The position numbers and the translations under genes are program-made. DNA of 64,000 nucleotides from Eledone cirrhosa (taxonomy: Eukaryota), in the NCBI GenBank assembly GCA_964016885.1, contig OZ024742.1, positions 229,958,001-230,022,000 of the forward strand, in the 5' to 3' direction. This document shows positions 1 to 14,045 of this stretch, one piece after another (position 1 is the first letter of the stretch; each line of letters begins with the position of its first letter). The notes beneath the pieces were generated by a model that saw only the letters and a list, made by a program, of their open reading frames with translations, had not been told where the DNA came from and made no database searches.

Positions 1-984
1 TGTCCATAGCCGGCCTGAGAGTTTACGAGGTTAAAAGATGTGTATGATATTGTCTCGTTCATTTTCATAGATGAAAAAATACGTATTTAAACACCAGAAA
101 ACCCTTCCACAGCACTAGCATTTCTACCAAAATAATATTAATGATACAATGCTTGAAGAAGCGTATAAGCTAGAGTTTCACAATTATTTTCTCCGTCCAC
201 TTCGAATTTCGAATATAGCATGGTATGTAGTCTCATTCTGAATTGCCACACCGCTCTTTCAAGAAAACTGGAATAGATGATGCAGGAGAATTTCTCGCAG
301 CGTATTGTTAGTAAATATGTTATGAATTAAAGAAGAATGAAATACCAAATCAGTTTTTTTCCCGAACATCAACACTATAATAATAATTACATGTTACAGA
401 AAAACGATACATTCATTCCTCTTCCGCGAATATATTCTAAACCAGGAGGAGCTCTTGTCGTCAGACAATGTCCAACGTTTACTAGTTATTTCACCATAAC
501 ACCTCTTCGACATGAGTTGTGAGTGAAATTAGTTAAAAGAAAACTGGATCTGGAACCAAATAACCAATGCTGAATTTCCCTGGGAATATCGTAAGGAAAG
601 CACAGAACTATGGAATATTCATCTATTTGCATGTGAACTTCATGAGCAGCTTGTTCCGTTAAATGACGACCTGGAACACGTGCCTTCGAAAACGACGGAG
701 GTCCATTCAGTTTTTATCGGAAGGATGAATGGTTAAGTTGACCTTCATTTGAATTCAGAACGAAAAGAGCCATGAGTAATTCCACAAAGCATGTTGTTCC
801 TTTATTCTGAAAATTCCGTCAATCGCATAATAAAATAAGGATGATGATGATGATGATGATGATAGTAAAGAGAAGTGGAGTTAACAGGAGGATGACATTC
901 GATTATGATGATGATGAAGCCGAAGATTATGGTATTATTAAATATGATGATGTTGATCATCATCCTTGTCATGGTTTCTAATGT

Positions 985-1171
985 AATTGTTTCTACTTTC
1001 TAGCACAAGACCAGTAATTATCCCAGTGCATTACTGGTACTTTATCTTATCGACCCCATAAGGATGAAAGGCAAAGTTAACCTTGGCGGGGTTGAACTCA
1101 GATAGTAAAGGGCCGTAACTCGATGATGCAAAGCATGGCGTCCGACCCTCTACTGATACTCACAATCCACC
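985..1171 (-). mobile_element. tRNA-derived SINE with Nin/Deu-like core (family A)
   Basis: Reverse complement has an A-box-like head, B-box GAGTTCAA and core GCCTTTCATCCTTATGGGGTCGATAA...AAGTACCAG. Near-identical copies lie at 21768, 34785 and 63414. Confidence 0.8.
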
Positions 1172-2582
1172 GCACTCTTGGTTTCTAATATAATGACAGC
1201 ATTTTTAAAGGAGGTGTTGTAACGATTATATCGACTAATATACGGAAGGATGAATAGAATGTTGATCTCGGTGGGAATTGAACTGAGAACGTAAATGGCA
1301 GTCAGCTGTAATGATAGCTGTTTGTATTTAGAAACGTACGTTTTTTCACATCTCGTGTTATAATTGTGAAACTATGCCGTCCATATAGTATCATACTTTC
1401 ATTTATCTCTGCAAATCAAACTATTCTAATAGATATGTTTCTTCAATATATATTTCTATTTCATGTATTCTTCGATATCTTTGCTATATTATATACAATT
1501 CTCGAGGATATCCCATTTTAATAAGGAAGCCAGCGTGAATATAATATTTAAATACAAATATGAAAATAATTCTCAAAGCCTCGATTTATATTAAGATTAC
1601 GTTAATAAAACATACATAGAGGATATTAGGTTTGTATCGTTCCAAGATGTTCAAGATAAAGCAGATTTGTAGTGTAGATACACTTTCAACACAAGAAAGA
1701 ATCTTTATGGGTTGATTCAGATAAAAGCCAAAGCACTGCATTAGTAAAGCTTCATAGTTTTACACCTTCCACACAGGGCCACGCATAAGAAAGCAAATAT
1801 ATAAGTAAATGGTATGTTAGGCATAAAGAAATAATTTTCAGACAGTAAGCAACCACACACTTGTCTTATATCCAGGATAACATTATTAGTTGGGTGTTTT
1901 ATTGTAGACAGTGGAAATATAATTGATACATTCACATTCATGAGTGGGGAACCTATTGGTTAGCAATTTCAGATATCTCACTTGACCGAAGCAACAAGTC
2001 GTTGCAGATCTAGGCATCTCAGAAGTATACACACTCTGGACGAGCTAAGTTTTTGTCGTATTTCAGGCAGAATCGCGGCTTGTGCTTCGTCGAACCCGGT
2101 GGAAAAATATAAAGGATTGTTATGTCGCAATTCTGCGTAGTGAGGCCTATAGATTGGAATACGTATGAACTGCCCATCATCGAATAACACAGTTTTACCT
2201 CTGAATTTCCTTCTTCTCAAATTAGGCATATGAATGATTTTATATTTTTGTTTTTGCTGTCTTTTATCGCTTCTTATAAATATATTTTCTATACATAATA
2301 AATTCTCCAGTCACTTAGTGCTAGCTAGACAGCCTATTTCAAATAATGCCCAACATTTCCGCATGTCTCACCTAGGTTTTGAGCATAAAATGAGAAACTT
2401 CCCAATGAATTGAACTAGCTGCTGAGATGTTCATTAAAAAAAAAATATGTACCCCAAGAGAAATGGAATGAAAAGAACTTGCTGTTGCTACAAACAACAA
2501 CGAGAGGCAGTAGTTCGTACTAAAGAATCAGTTCCAATACAAGATAGTTGATTTCGAAATAAAATGATAAAATTATTCTAGC

Positions 2583-2772
2583 ATAGGTAAACTTCCGTTA
2601 TAACGAATATCCTTATAACGAGTTTTTCAGTATAGCGAATTTTTGTCCAATCCCCGGCTACATGCATATTAAAACAATGATAAAATAATCTCGTTAAAAG
2701 GAAATTCATTACAACGAATATTTCAGTTATTTCACACCACGTGAATTTCGTTATAACAGAATTTCGCTGTAT
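2583..2772. mobile_element. Tc1/mariner-pogo-like MITE
   Basis: Imperfect terminal inverted repeats AAACTTCCGTTATAACGAA / TTCGTTATAACAGAATTT, repeated internal ATAACGAA motifs, and a right end CTG-TA. Confidence 0.55.
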
Positions 2773-3018
2773 AATGGTAGAAATGGAAATGGAGATAACC
2801 AGAATGCTTAAACTTCAAATACAAACAATGCTTACAATAATAGAGTACATAGCATTACGCCTGTGTTTAGACGAAGTAAGTAGTTTGGTTTCCTATTATG
2901 GTCCGCTGTGCACACATTCCAGTTACATAAAAAAATAATCGTACGTGCAGTCTCGACACATTCAGATATTTATATATGCCTGTACTTTCTACATGAATTT
3001 TAAAATTCTTATTTATAT

Positions 3019-3079
<61 letters not shown>

Positions 3080-3209
3080 AAAACAGATGCACACACACAC
3101 ATACACAGACACACAGACACACACACGCATACGCGCCGACATGCTCACACACACGTATACAGTATGTATATATGTTTTTCTAGTTTTATAATTTTATAAA
3201 TTTTTACCA

Positions 3210-3500
3210 ATAAAGAGAGAGTCGGTTTCTAACATAGACACAAGACTCTCTCATTGGAATTTACACAACATCAACTAGGTAGATATGTATGCATGTGTGT
3301 GTGTGTACAGGTATGGGTGTTACTGAACTTGTTAATATCTATGTTTTGAGTTATAGGTCTGCATGTGCATATGTTTTGTATCACTACAAGTGTACATGCA
3401 GTTATAACATGCAGCATTTATAGAATGTTTTACATATATTTACTGTTCCATTAATGGTTTGTACTTGTATTTCTTAACTAGCTGTGTTCTTTCTAGTCGT
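3210..3500 (-). mobile_element. 3' UTR fragment of an RLE-type LINE (family shared with 14215 and 21975)
   Basis: Aligns by eye with 14215-14465 and 21975-22240 (GGAATTTACACAACATCAACTAGGTAGATATG...CCATTAATGG). It abuts a (TATG)n tract. Confidence 0.6.
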
Positions 3501-4099
3501 GTATGAATGTATGTATGTATGTATGTATGTATGTATGTATGTATGTATGTATGTATGTATGTATGTATGTCAACAAAAGAGAGTACCAGTGATGCGCTGA
3601 GCCAGTCGCTGGATGCGTGCCAAAAGCAGAAAAATTATTATTAAAGTTGTTTTCTTAAGGCCCGGTCGCTGGCGGTGGTGGCGGTGGTGGTGGTGGTGGC
3701 AGTTGATGGTGTTGTTGTTGTGCGCGTGTGTGTGTGTTTTGTTATTTTGAGGGTTTTTTTTGTTTGTTTGTTATTTTTATTTTATTTTATTTTTTTTATC
3801 TTTTGATGCCGCTGTTGTTGTTGTTGTAAATGTTCATTTCAGTTCATTCTGAAGCTGTTGTTGCTGTAAACATTAGTGCCGGTGTTGTTGTTGTAGATGT
3901 TGGGGTTGAAATCTGGTCGTTTGACTGAGTGATGTATATACACACATATACATACCTATATATATATATATATACACATTCAACACAGAGTAGAGAGTTT
4001 GACAACAGGTCGATGACTTTAGTCTAGATAGGGTAATGACATGTGATGGTGGGGAGAGAGTGCAGACGTTATTGTGGTGGCGGGGGACAGTGAGATGTA

Positions 4100-4385
4100 T
4101 CTAGTTCAATTGTCCGTTTTCTTCTCTTTGCAAACAGGGAGTGAAGAACCCCTAGCCCTTGTCAGAGCATTCTTCTAGGAGAAGGCATCTCAGGAAACTG
4201 GGTTAACTCCGACATAAAACCTGCGGCTCAGTAGTTACCGATGATGTTGATCTTTTCTTCTTTTCGGGTTATAGCTACTGTCGCTCAGAGAGTGGGATTG
4301 GCTCAGTGCACAGTATTTCCTCACTTTAAAAATATTCGTCACGCACAGGCATTGCACGAGTGCATTAATAATTATTAGTAGTGAG
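4100..4385 (+). mobile_element. Probable 5' UTR of the RTE LINE whose body resumes at about 10297
   Basis: Motifs CTAGGAGAAGG...AAACC and CACTTTAAAA...CACGCACAGGC resemble RTE/BovB 5' UTRs (recalled, not searched). It ends in the (ATT)n tract where the Tx1 element starts. Confidence 0.5.
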
Positions 4386-4629
4386 TATTATTATTATTAT
4401 TATGGCCGCACATGTGTGAAGACAGTACAAATCTGCGGGGGAAAAGGTTCGTAACTTTAAGCTGTTTTAAAGTGTCATTTTTTTGTATTTTCTTGTCGTT
4501 AATGAAACTTAAGGTACACATCTTGATTTAAAGAGAGGGATACCTCTCAATATTCGGGCTTTAAGCCCGAATATTCAGATTTATTTTTAAGAACTTCGAA
4601 AAAAATCGCTTCCCCTCCAAAAGAAAATT

Positions 4630-6446
4630 ATGGAAATTTTCGACGTTGAAACGGTAAACAACGTTCAGGTCAAAAGTTTAAAAGCAGCCACTGTAGATTT
4701 CACCACGACTACGACGGCTACAGTCATGCCTGTCATCCACTCTACTGAATGTGAAGGCAAAACTCAAAAGCTGCCATCACAACCTTCTGCCATAGCAGCA
4801 GTATCATCTGAAAACGACATCACCACCACCACCACCACCACAACAACAACAACTCAGAGCAATAACGACAATAACAATGTAAACAAGGATGGCGGTGGCA
4901 ACAGCAAGAATGACAACACCAACAATAAGAGCATCAGAAACAGCACATTTGCTGCAGCAGCAGCAAAAACAAAGCGCTTATTGAATATTGATATTAATAT
5001 TAGCGATAAAGACGAACAGTGGGCCAAAGCGTGGAGGCTAATTAAACGGGAGAAGTCCTGGGCAAACCTGACCATCCCGGACGAGGCAATAGCGGCCATG
5101 CAAAGGAGGACGGTGTACTTTCGACGTTTTACTGTGCAGACACGAAAAGTGGAACTTGCGAGCCAAGCAGAGGTAGAGGCTGCTTTGGAGTACATCGGAA
5201 GTAACATAGAGTACAAAGCAAGAGGCAAACAGTTCGGTTCCATCTCGGTACTGTTCAAAACCGAGGCCCTCGCTATTAAGCACTCGGTGACCCCCTGCAG
5301 AACGGAACGCATTATCATGCATCCGTCCTATATGGGTAAAAGGACAGGGAAGGTACGCATTCCCAGCATCCCACCAGGAATGAACATATGGTGGCTGCTG
5401 GGATGCGTAATCTAGGAGGGGACAGACACTACCCTCCTGGACATCAAAAGGACAGAGAGAGAGGACTGGTCCGGAATGGATTTGGAGATTATTCTCCAAA
5501 TGAAACCGGAGGATATGAATAACATCCCGGATTTTGCCCGCCTGCAGGACGGGACAACAATCCAACTAATGATTGACGGAAGAAGGCCACGCTGCTTCGT
5601 CTGTGGGGAAGCAACGCATCTTCAAGCCTTCTGCCCTCAGCGCAAAAATGCAGGGGGTCGCAAACCTCCTTTGTTGCCAACGCCAGTGTCAGCACGGAAA
5701 GCTGCACCACCACCACCACCAAAAACAACATCAACAAAAACACGGACACCAACATCAAAAGCAGCCGGATCACCACCAACACCAAAACCAATCCAAGGAG
5801 AAAACGAGGAAAGCTCTCCCACTCCCCCCCACACACAATTATACACATAAACAAAACAATAAACGCACACACAGACACAGAGACACTCACAGACACAGAC
5901 CCTTTGTCTTCCAGCAGCGAAGATGAAGGAAAACCCCAAAGTGCAAAAAACCAGAGAAAACTCATACAACAAAGCACAAAAACACACACAACAAAAAATA
6001 CAGACACCACTAACGCAAACACTTCCCCAATAACATCATCACCAACAGCAACATCGACAACACCTCCACAATCCCCGAAACGCAAACAACCTAAACAAAC
6101 ACAAGTACAAATAAACACACAAATACCGGAAATTGCAGACACCACACCTACAACAAACATAGACATACCCGAAACAACACCACCAAAACCATCGCCACCA
6201 CCTTCACCAAAACGAAAACAAATAAAACCACACCAACAAAATGTTAAAAACTTCGTGCTTGTCAGAAGGGCCAACGATAAACTGATGGCCCTCTTAGCGC
6301 GAAGCGAGGACATTCAAACAGAGGGGGAGATTTTTGAAAAAGCACATTTTGCGTGCCAGAAGATTTGCTTCTGGTCCGAATGTCACTCAATTCCTTCAAA
6401 GAAATTCGAGAGAGCTTTCCTCAAGAAGTGGGAACCCCGAATGTGA
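4630..6446 (+). pseudogene. Tx1 ORF1 (RRM-like region, CCHC zinc knuckle, Pro/Thr-rich tail), disrupted
   Basis: ORF pieces 4630-5415, 5476-5850 (CFVCGEATHLQAFC) and 5904-6446, with an in-frame TAG at 5413. Confidence 0.75.
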
Positions 6447-6576
6447 AACCCACATCAAGACTTTTAAAGGGGTTCCCAAAAGAAACCCCACCAACCATGG
6501 AGATCGAACCACCCGACCTTCACAAGACCCGGGAGGTAAGTAAACCTTCCCTCTCTCTCTCTCTTAGCTTACCTAT

Positions 6577-9500
6577 ATGGCCATATTAAGAGTAGGAAGT
6601 TTAAATGTTCGCGGCTTGGGGTCACCCTGGAAGCAGGGTCGCCTGCTCAACGACCTCCGGTTGCTGGAAATGGATGTGATTGCCGTAAGCGAGACCAGAA
6701 TTTCCGACACGCGCGCACTAGCCCCCATTTTCGACGACTATCAGATCTTCACATCTGTTAGCAGGCCGGGGATGGGGGTGGGGTAGAAGTGCTGTTTAGG
6801 AAAGGACTGGATCTCGAAGTAAGGTCGATCTTCCGGGACCCGGACGGTAAGTTGGTGGTTTGGATGTGAGCAGTAGCGAAGGTGGTGCCTTTAGACTGCT
6901 GGCCGTCTATGCCCCTACAGGGGCCGGACGACCTGATTTCTTCAGGCGCCTGGAGATCTTTCTGGGTACGTCTCGCCCTTTACTGTTAGCAGGGGACTGG
7001 AATGGCATCTTAGACGCACGCTGGGATTGTGTGGGAGTAGCCGATAGGAGCGGGGGGGGGGGTGCAAAAGCCTCAAGCACCTACTCAGCCAGTTCCAACT
7101 GTCTGACAGGTATCGACTAGATTTCCCCAATATGCCAGTATGGACATGGACCAACCGAATGGGGTCATCTAGATCGTATATAGACAGGATCTTTATTACG
7201 TAAATAGATAGAAATAGTGTGGGCTGTCCACTTTTTAAAACGGTCGCCTATTCAGATCACAAATTTGTGATCTGTACGGTCGACCTAAATTAAACGCGTA
7301 GGTTAGGACCGGGTTACTGGAAGCTGAACATGTCATTTCCGGCATGTAAGGCTTACAGGGACCGATTCAACAATTTAGTTAAGCAAAGGTTGACAGGGGG
7401 GAATCATCAACAACAGATGGTCGGTGGATCTCAAAAGAGAGATTAGAGTAACTTCGATAGAGTTCAGCAAAGAACAAGCGTTAGAGAAAAATAGAAAGGA
7501 GGAGGAGCTGGTAGATGAGTTAGACGAGGCTATTTGTAGTGGCATCGCAACTGACGTGCTAGCGGCGAGAATGGCATTAGACCATTTCTTCAATGCCAAA
7601 CACGAAGGTTGCATTGTCAGAGCTAAGGCGCGTGCGCTGAGAAACGAGGGAACTAAAGCTGTTCGATGGGCCCGCCTGGCGGAGGCGCAGCGTGGTAATA
7701 AAACCACAATTCGGTCGTTGGCGAACCTAGACGGACACGAGATAAGCGATTCCAAGTGGATGTGTGAGGCCTTTCGCCAGCACTTTGCTCGGTTGTTCAG
7801 AGAGAGTGGCGAGTCAGAGAGAGTAGCGGATTTCAGTCCCTACCTTGACGGCTTGCCGCGCATCTCGACGGTCGACGCTGAGCGCTGCAAAAGGCCGATT
7901 ACTTCAGCCGAAATTCAGGACGCCCATGTCGGCTGCATGAGGCGCAAGTCACCCGGTTTGGATGGCCTGCCCTACGAGCTTTACGTAAATATGCTAGACT
8001 TGTTCTCCGAACTCCTCGAAGCACTCTACTGCAACTGGCAGCAGAATGGGAGTATTCCCAGTTCTGTGAGCAGGGGAGTGGTGACGCTAATAAGGAAAGA
8101 CGAGAACAAGAGGGATACATTAAAATACTTCAGGCCCATAACTCTGCTCAACACAGAGTTTAAGATTTTGGCCAAGGTGTTAGCAAAGAGATTGGCGCTT
8201 GTCGTCGAGTATTTGGTTGGGGAGGCGCAAACTTGCGCAATCCCAGCCAGGTTCATACACGACAATCTCCACCTCATGCGATACATCATAGAGAGGGTTG
8301 GGTGTAAACCTGGCTTCGGTGGGGCACTGATCAATTTAGATCAATCGAAAGCATTCGATAGGGTCGACCATCGGTATATGGAGTTTGTCCTCAAAGCAGC
8401 TGGCTTCGGCCCTGTCTTTAGAAGCTGGATCGATGCAATGCACAGCGGCACACGCTCGGTGGTCAAGGTTAATGGCCACCTCTCGGAACCATTTCGGCTC
8501 TCACCATCGGTCCGTCAAGGGTGCCCTCTCTCTTCCCTTCTGTACGTATTGACTCTCGAGCCTTTACTGCGGAAGCTGGAGCTGTTGCAGGGCATCCCGC
8601 TCGAACCGGGACGTGGAAAGGCGGTGTCGGCTTATGCGGACGACATCACCGTGATGGTGTCGAACACTTCAGAAATCGTGGTGGTCGGCACCTTATTGAA
8701 GGAATATGAAAGGTTGACAGGAGCCAAACTTAACCCGGAAAAGTCAGTGGGCTTGCAGCTCGGAACCTGGAGAGGCAAGCCCATGCCGTCCAACAGCGTC
8801 GTGGGGCGCCGGACAGACGGACCGGTAAAGTTGCTCGGGGTTTGGTTCGGACCAGACCTCTAGGTGGAAAAGAATTGGGACGAGGTAACGAGCAGAGTAG
8901 CCAGTCTCACCTAAAAATGGGCTGGGAGGAAGCTATCACTGAAAGGTCGCGCGGAGGTGGCGAATGCGTACATCGCGTCCGTCATCTACTACCGCCTAAC
9001 CGTCGTGCCTTGCCTCCGTCGCGCCTCGTCAAGTTGGAACGGCTCCTCTTCAAATTCTTGTGGAGGGGACAAGTTCCGTTGGTGAGGCGGTCCATCTGCT
9101 GCCAGCACCCTCTACGCGGAGGGCTGGGCATGCCGTGGCTAATGATGCGCAGACATGCGTTGAGGCTGCGACATCTCCAGATATTCTGCCTCAATGGTGA
9201 ACAGGTGTGGTCGCCGTTTATCAGACGGGCTTTTCCGCAGCTTATTTCTTTGACTGAGCTGCAGTCCTGGGTCAAGAAGAGACCGAGAATGGGTGACTGG
9301 CACCTGGAATGTTGCCAGGCACTCACTGCCCTCTGCCAAGCGGGCAATGCGATCAGTGGAACTTCCACTATCGAGTTCTATAGAGGATTGGTGGTGGGCA
9401 AGTGCGATGACGCATCGGAGAAGCTTTGGGCCTCGACGAAGTCGAACTGACCAGTCTGTACCGGAGGACTTTTGAGCCGGGGACGATGGACAATTTCCAG

Positions 9501-10000
9501 AAATCCCTCGCTTGGCAGTGCTACCGGGGGGCACTACCGGTTCGGGATAAACTCTACAGGCACGGAAGTGCTGTCAGACGGACCTGCCCAAGATGCGCAC
9601 AGAACGACGAAACCGTTCTGCACCCACTTGTCCAATGTCCGTGCATTACTGACTTGTGGAGTTATGTCGAACAGCTACTGTCGCGTGTGGAACGAATCCG
9701 GCTATCGGCCGAGTTCATAGTGAAGATTGAGCCGCAACCTTCCTTAGGTCAGGAAGAGCAGGAAATTTTCCTCTGTCTGGTGGCAGTTGCGAAAGAGATT
9801 ATATGGTCAACCAGGTTGAAAGGACTAAAGACAGATACTTTTCTCTTCGGCCAATCCCTCATCAACTTCTTCAAGTTTCACCTTTAATGGAGGGTGAGGG
9901 TGGAGAGAGAAGTGCTGCCCCCAGTACATTTGCTAAAAGGTGGGTGAATGTGGCGAGAATGGCTCGTATGAATTGGCCTACTCTGACCATTCGCCTATAG
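6577..10000 (+). pseudogene. Tx1 ORF2: APE endonuclease, reverse transcriptase, zf-RVT-like domain; several frameshifts and stops
   Basis: Motifs SLNVRGL, VSETR, VYAP, AGDWN, SPGLDGL, FRPITLLNTEFKILAKVLA, LDQSKAFDRVDH, VRQGCPLS, AYADD, GGLGMP and CPRC...ETVLH...C. Confidence 0.92.
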
Positions 10001-10296
10001 GCTGGCTAACTTGAGGAGAGGGGTGATCTCCCTGGGTGCCCTAGAAGCGCAGGGTGGTTCAGGATTGGTGGGGTATCCGAATCACGCCAGGGTCGTCCAC
10101 CCCCTATCGGGGAATTTATTTTGTTATATTTATGCATAGTTTATTTTATATTTTTATATTTTCATTCTTAAATTAGTCTTGCCATTGTTCACTTTTACTC
10201 GACCTTATTGTAAACCCCCACTGTCCCTGTCTTTGTAATGTCCCCTACATGTCGGCCCTTGTGGCTAATAAATGAAATCATTATTATTATTATTAC

Positions 10297-13200
10297 TTTT
10301 TTTTCTTTTTTCCAATTCAATGATGTTCCAGAATAATATAAAAGAGATAATTGGCAATTTAGGTTCTGGAACAAAAAAGATAATTGACAATAAGGGCAAG
10401 GGCCCCAGGTTATCACAGCCTGGGCCCGCTCGTCATCGTGCCATTGTAATAGAGCCAAACAAGGCATTTAGTATTGGCTGCTGGAACGTACGGACGCTGC
10501 TTGACAGGGATTCCTTGGAGCGTCCTGAACGAAGGACCGCTCTTGTTGCAAAGGAGCTTCGACGTTACGATCTTGACATCGTGGCTTTATCTGAGACGAG
10601 GTTAGCTGGAGATGGTCATCTTACGGAATTTTGTGGAGAATATACATTCTCTGGAAAGGAAGAGATGAAGGAACCAGAAGAGAGGCTGGGGTAGGATTTG
10701 CTGTTAAGACTGTACTTGCGAATAAATTAGAAGAATTCCCAGTAGGGATTAGTGAGTGTCTTATGTCCATGAGAGTTCCGCTGGATAAAGGAAGATATGC
10801 TACCCTGGTGAGTGTGTATGCTCCAACTATGAATTCTGTCGATGAAGAAAAAGTGACCTTTTACCATGCCTTGAAAGGTGTTTTAAGAAACATACCTGAG
10901 GCAGACAAAGTCATCGTGCTTGGTAACTTTAATGCTAGAGTGGGTAGGGATTTTAACACATGGAATATAATCGGAAGGCATGGGGTGGGAAAGTGTAACA
11001 ACAATGGTATGCTCCTGCTGCAGATGTGTGAGGAGCTGGATCTGTGTGTTACCAGCACTATGTTCCAACAAAAGAACAAATTCAAGACCACATGGATGCA
11101 TCCTGCATCTAAGGTATGGCATCTTTTGGACTACGTCCTACTCAGGATGCGTGACAGACAGGATGTGCAGTGTGTTCGTGTTCTTCGTGGAGCTGAGGGC
11201 TGGACGGACCACCGCCTGGTACGCGCAAAAGTGAAACTAATCACTAAACGTAAAATCCGGGCTCCTGGTGTTGCCCTGCCCAAAAGATTGAATGCTGCTC
11301 GTCTTAAGGATAAAAATGTGAAGAGGTCATTGGAAGAAGAGATGCAGGCTGCAGATCTTGGTGAGGATTGGCCGACCCTTAAAAAGTCGGTTTATGATGT
11401 AGGCAGGCGTGTTCTGGGATTGGTGCAGAGAAAACATCAGGACTGGTTTAATGAGAATGATGTACATATAGAAGACTTGTTGGCTGATAAGAGGCGTGCT
11501 CTGTCACGCTACTTGACGGCAAAACCACAGGAGAGGAATACGTTGCATGAGGAACTCAGGGATGTAAAAATCACGTGTTAGGCGGAGTCTTTCTCAGATG
11601 AAGGATCAGTGGTGGAGTGAGAAGGCTGGTGAGATACAAACTGCGTCTGATTCCAATAACACAAACTGTTGAACAGTCTCTTGCATGAGGTTTATGGACC
11701 GTCTTCTTCTCTGGTGACACCGCTTCGCAGCAAGGATGGCAAAGAACTTCTTCGTGACTCACAAGGAATTCTACGAAGGTGACGAGAGCACTTTGATGAT
11801 CTTTTGAATCAGTGAAGATTTCTTCAATCTCATTCCAGAAAGTCCTGTGAAAGTAGCTCTCGCAGAACCTCCATCGCTTGTGGAAGTTGCAGTGGCTATT
11901 TCGAAGCCGAACAGTGGAAGATCTCCAGGTATGAATGGCATACATGCTGAGCTCCTACAATATGGTGGTGAGAGACTCCTGCAACATCTTCACTCTTTGT
12001 TTGGCAGGATATGGGCTAATGAATCCGTACCTGAGGACTGGAGAGATGCAGTAATGGTGGTCTTGTACAAGGGAAAGGGTAACATGAATGATTGTGGGAA
12101 CTACAGAGGTATATCATTGCTTTCTGTCGTAGGGAAAGTTTTATGTAGGGTGCTTCTGGACCGTCTGCTGACATACATTGCAGATTGTGTTCTTCCTGAA
12201 AGTCAATCTGGTTTTCGTGCTGGACGTGGCACTACTGATATGATCTTCTCAGCTAGACAGCTCCAGGGAAGTGCATGGAACAAGGTTTAGATCTGTATCA
12301 GGTTTTTGTCGATCTGACAAAAGCTTTCGATACTGTTAACAGAGATGCATTATGGAAGGTTCTCCAGAAACTTGGTTGCCCTTATAAGTTCCTTGCTTTA
12401 GTTAGGTCTTTCCATGACGACATGAAGGCTTGGCTTAATGTCGGAGGTAATATGTCGGAGCCTATCTCAGTAAAAAATGGAGTGAAACAGGGGGATATTC
12501 CAGCACCGACCCTGTTTGCCATATACTTTGCAATGGTTTTCTGTATTGCATTCAGGAATTGCGAGCATGGTGTTTACATCCGATATCGAACCTCAGGCAG
12601 CATATTTAACATCAGGCGCTTTGCTGCGAAGACAACAGTATTTACATCAATCATAAGAGGCCTCTTGTATGCAGATGATTGCGATCTTGTAGCGCACACA
12701 GAGAGTGATATGCAGCACATTTTGAATGCATTTTCTGACGCTTGCACTGCCCTAGGATTGACTGTCAGTCTCAAGAAGGCCGTCGTTATGTACCAACCTG
12801 CCCCTGGTAAGCAGTACACTGAACCAAACATCTATGTGTATGGCAAACGACTTGGAGTGGTTGATCAGTTTGTCTACCTGGGAAGCACTGTCAATCGATA
12901 CAGCAACCTTGACAGCGAAATCTCACTTAGGATTAGGAAAGCAAGTAATGCTTTCGGAAAGCTAGAAAGGCGACTCTGGGGTCGGCGAGACATATGCAGG
13001 AGGACAAAGGTAAAGGTGTACAGGGCATGTGTGCTCTCTTGTCTTCTTTATGCCTGCGAGACCTGGGTCACATATCGACACCACCTTAAGCAATTGGAGC
13101 GTTTCCATCAGATGTGTCTCAGACGGATCAATGGCGTTCACTGGAGGGACCACATCAGTGAAGTCGAGATTTTGGAAAGCTCTATGTGTGACAGTATAGA

Positions 13201-14010
13201 AGCTCTTGTGCTTAAGCAACGACTCCGTTAGAGTGGTCACCTTGCCAGGATGAAGGATTCTAGAATACCAAAACAACTCTTTTATGGAGACTTGGTTAAA
13301 GGAAAACGACCGCCACATAAACCAAAAAGAGGTATAAGGATTCCTTGAAAGCCTCTCTGAAAGACGCTAACATCTCTGCTGATACATGGGAAAATATTGC
13401 TGCTGATCGTAATAAATGGAGAAAGACTGTATATGAGGGAAAAGTTGCCTTTGAGGCATTTCGAATCGCATACGAGAAAGTAAAGCGGGATGTGAGGAAG
13501 GGCATTGCTGTTGCACTTCCAGACGCCGAGGGTCCTCCTATGGTGCTGACATGCAGCGTCTGTGCGAGACTCTGCCTAAGCAAAGCTGGACTCGAAAGTC
13601 ATCTTCGCAGTCATAAAGTAAGACCAGTGGTTGACTACCAGGCTACTGTTGGAAATGCTACTCATCATGCTTGCCAAACATGTGGTAGAGAATGTAAATC
13701 AGCAGGTGGGCTCAAGCGACATGCAAAAGTACACGAACTCCAACCACAGCCGACTATTCCCGGTGAATATTTTGGTTGCCGACTCTGTGCAAGACATTTT
13801 AGATCATTGGCTGGGCTAAAAAGCCACATTCGATCGCAGCGCTGTTAGTTGCTATCGTGTGTGTGTTTATAGATATGCTTATGCGTGTGCGTGTATGTGT
13901 ATATATATATGTATATGTATATTATTATTGTTGTTATTATTATTATTATTGTTATTAATGTATGTGTGTGTGTATATGTGTGTGTGTGTATATATGTGTA
14001 TGTATGTGTG

Positions 14011-14045
<35 letters not shown>

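Larger units (their letters stand above)
4403..10295 (+). mobile_element. L1/Tx1-clade non-LTR retrotransposon, full length, degraded
   Basis: ORF1 has a CCHC knuckle. ORF2 has APE, RT and a C-terminal Cys/His motif. The 3' end is AATAAA followed by (ATT)n, and (ATT)n is present on both flanks. Confidence 0.9.

Noticed and set aside
1978-2229. 83-aa ORF in unique-looking sequence as a host exon
   Set aside because: There is no recognisable domain or supported splice structure. It cannot be excluded without a homology or RNA-seq search.
3571-4200. HDV-like ribozyme expected in an RTE 5' UTR
   Set aside because: I could not build a convincing nested double pseudoknot by eye; it needs an RNArobo or Infernal search.
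4854-9534. Long antisense ORFs over the Tx1 element (for example 5489-6313)
   Set aside because: They are shadows of the A/C-rich sense strand and have no independent motifs.
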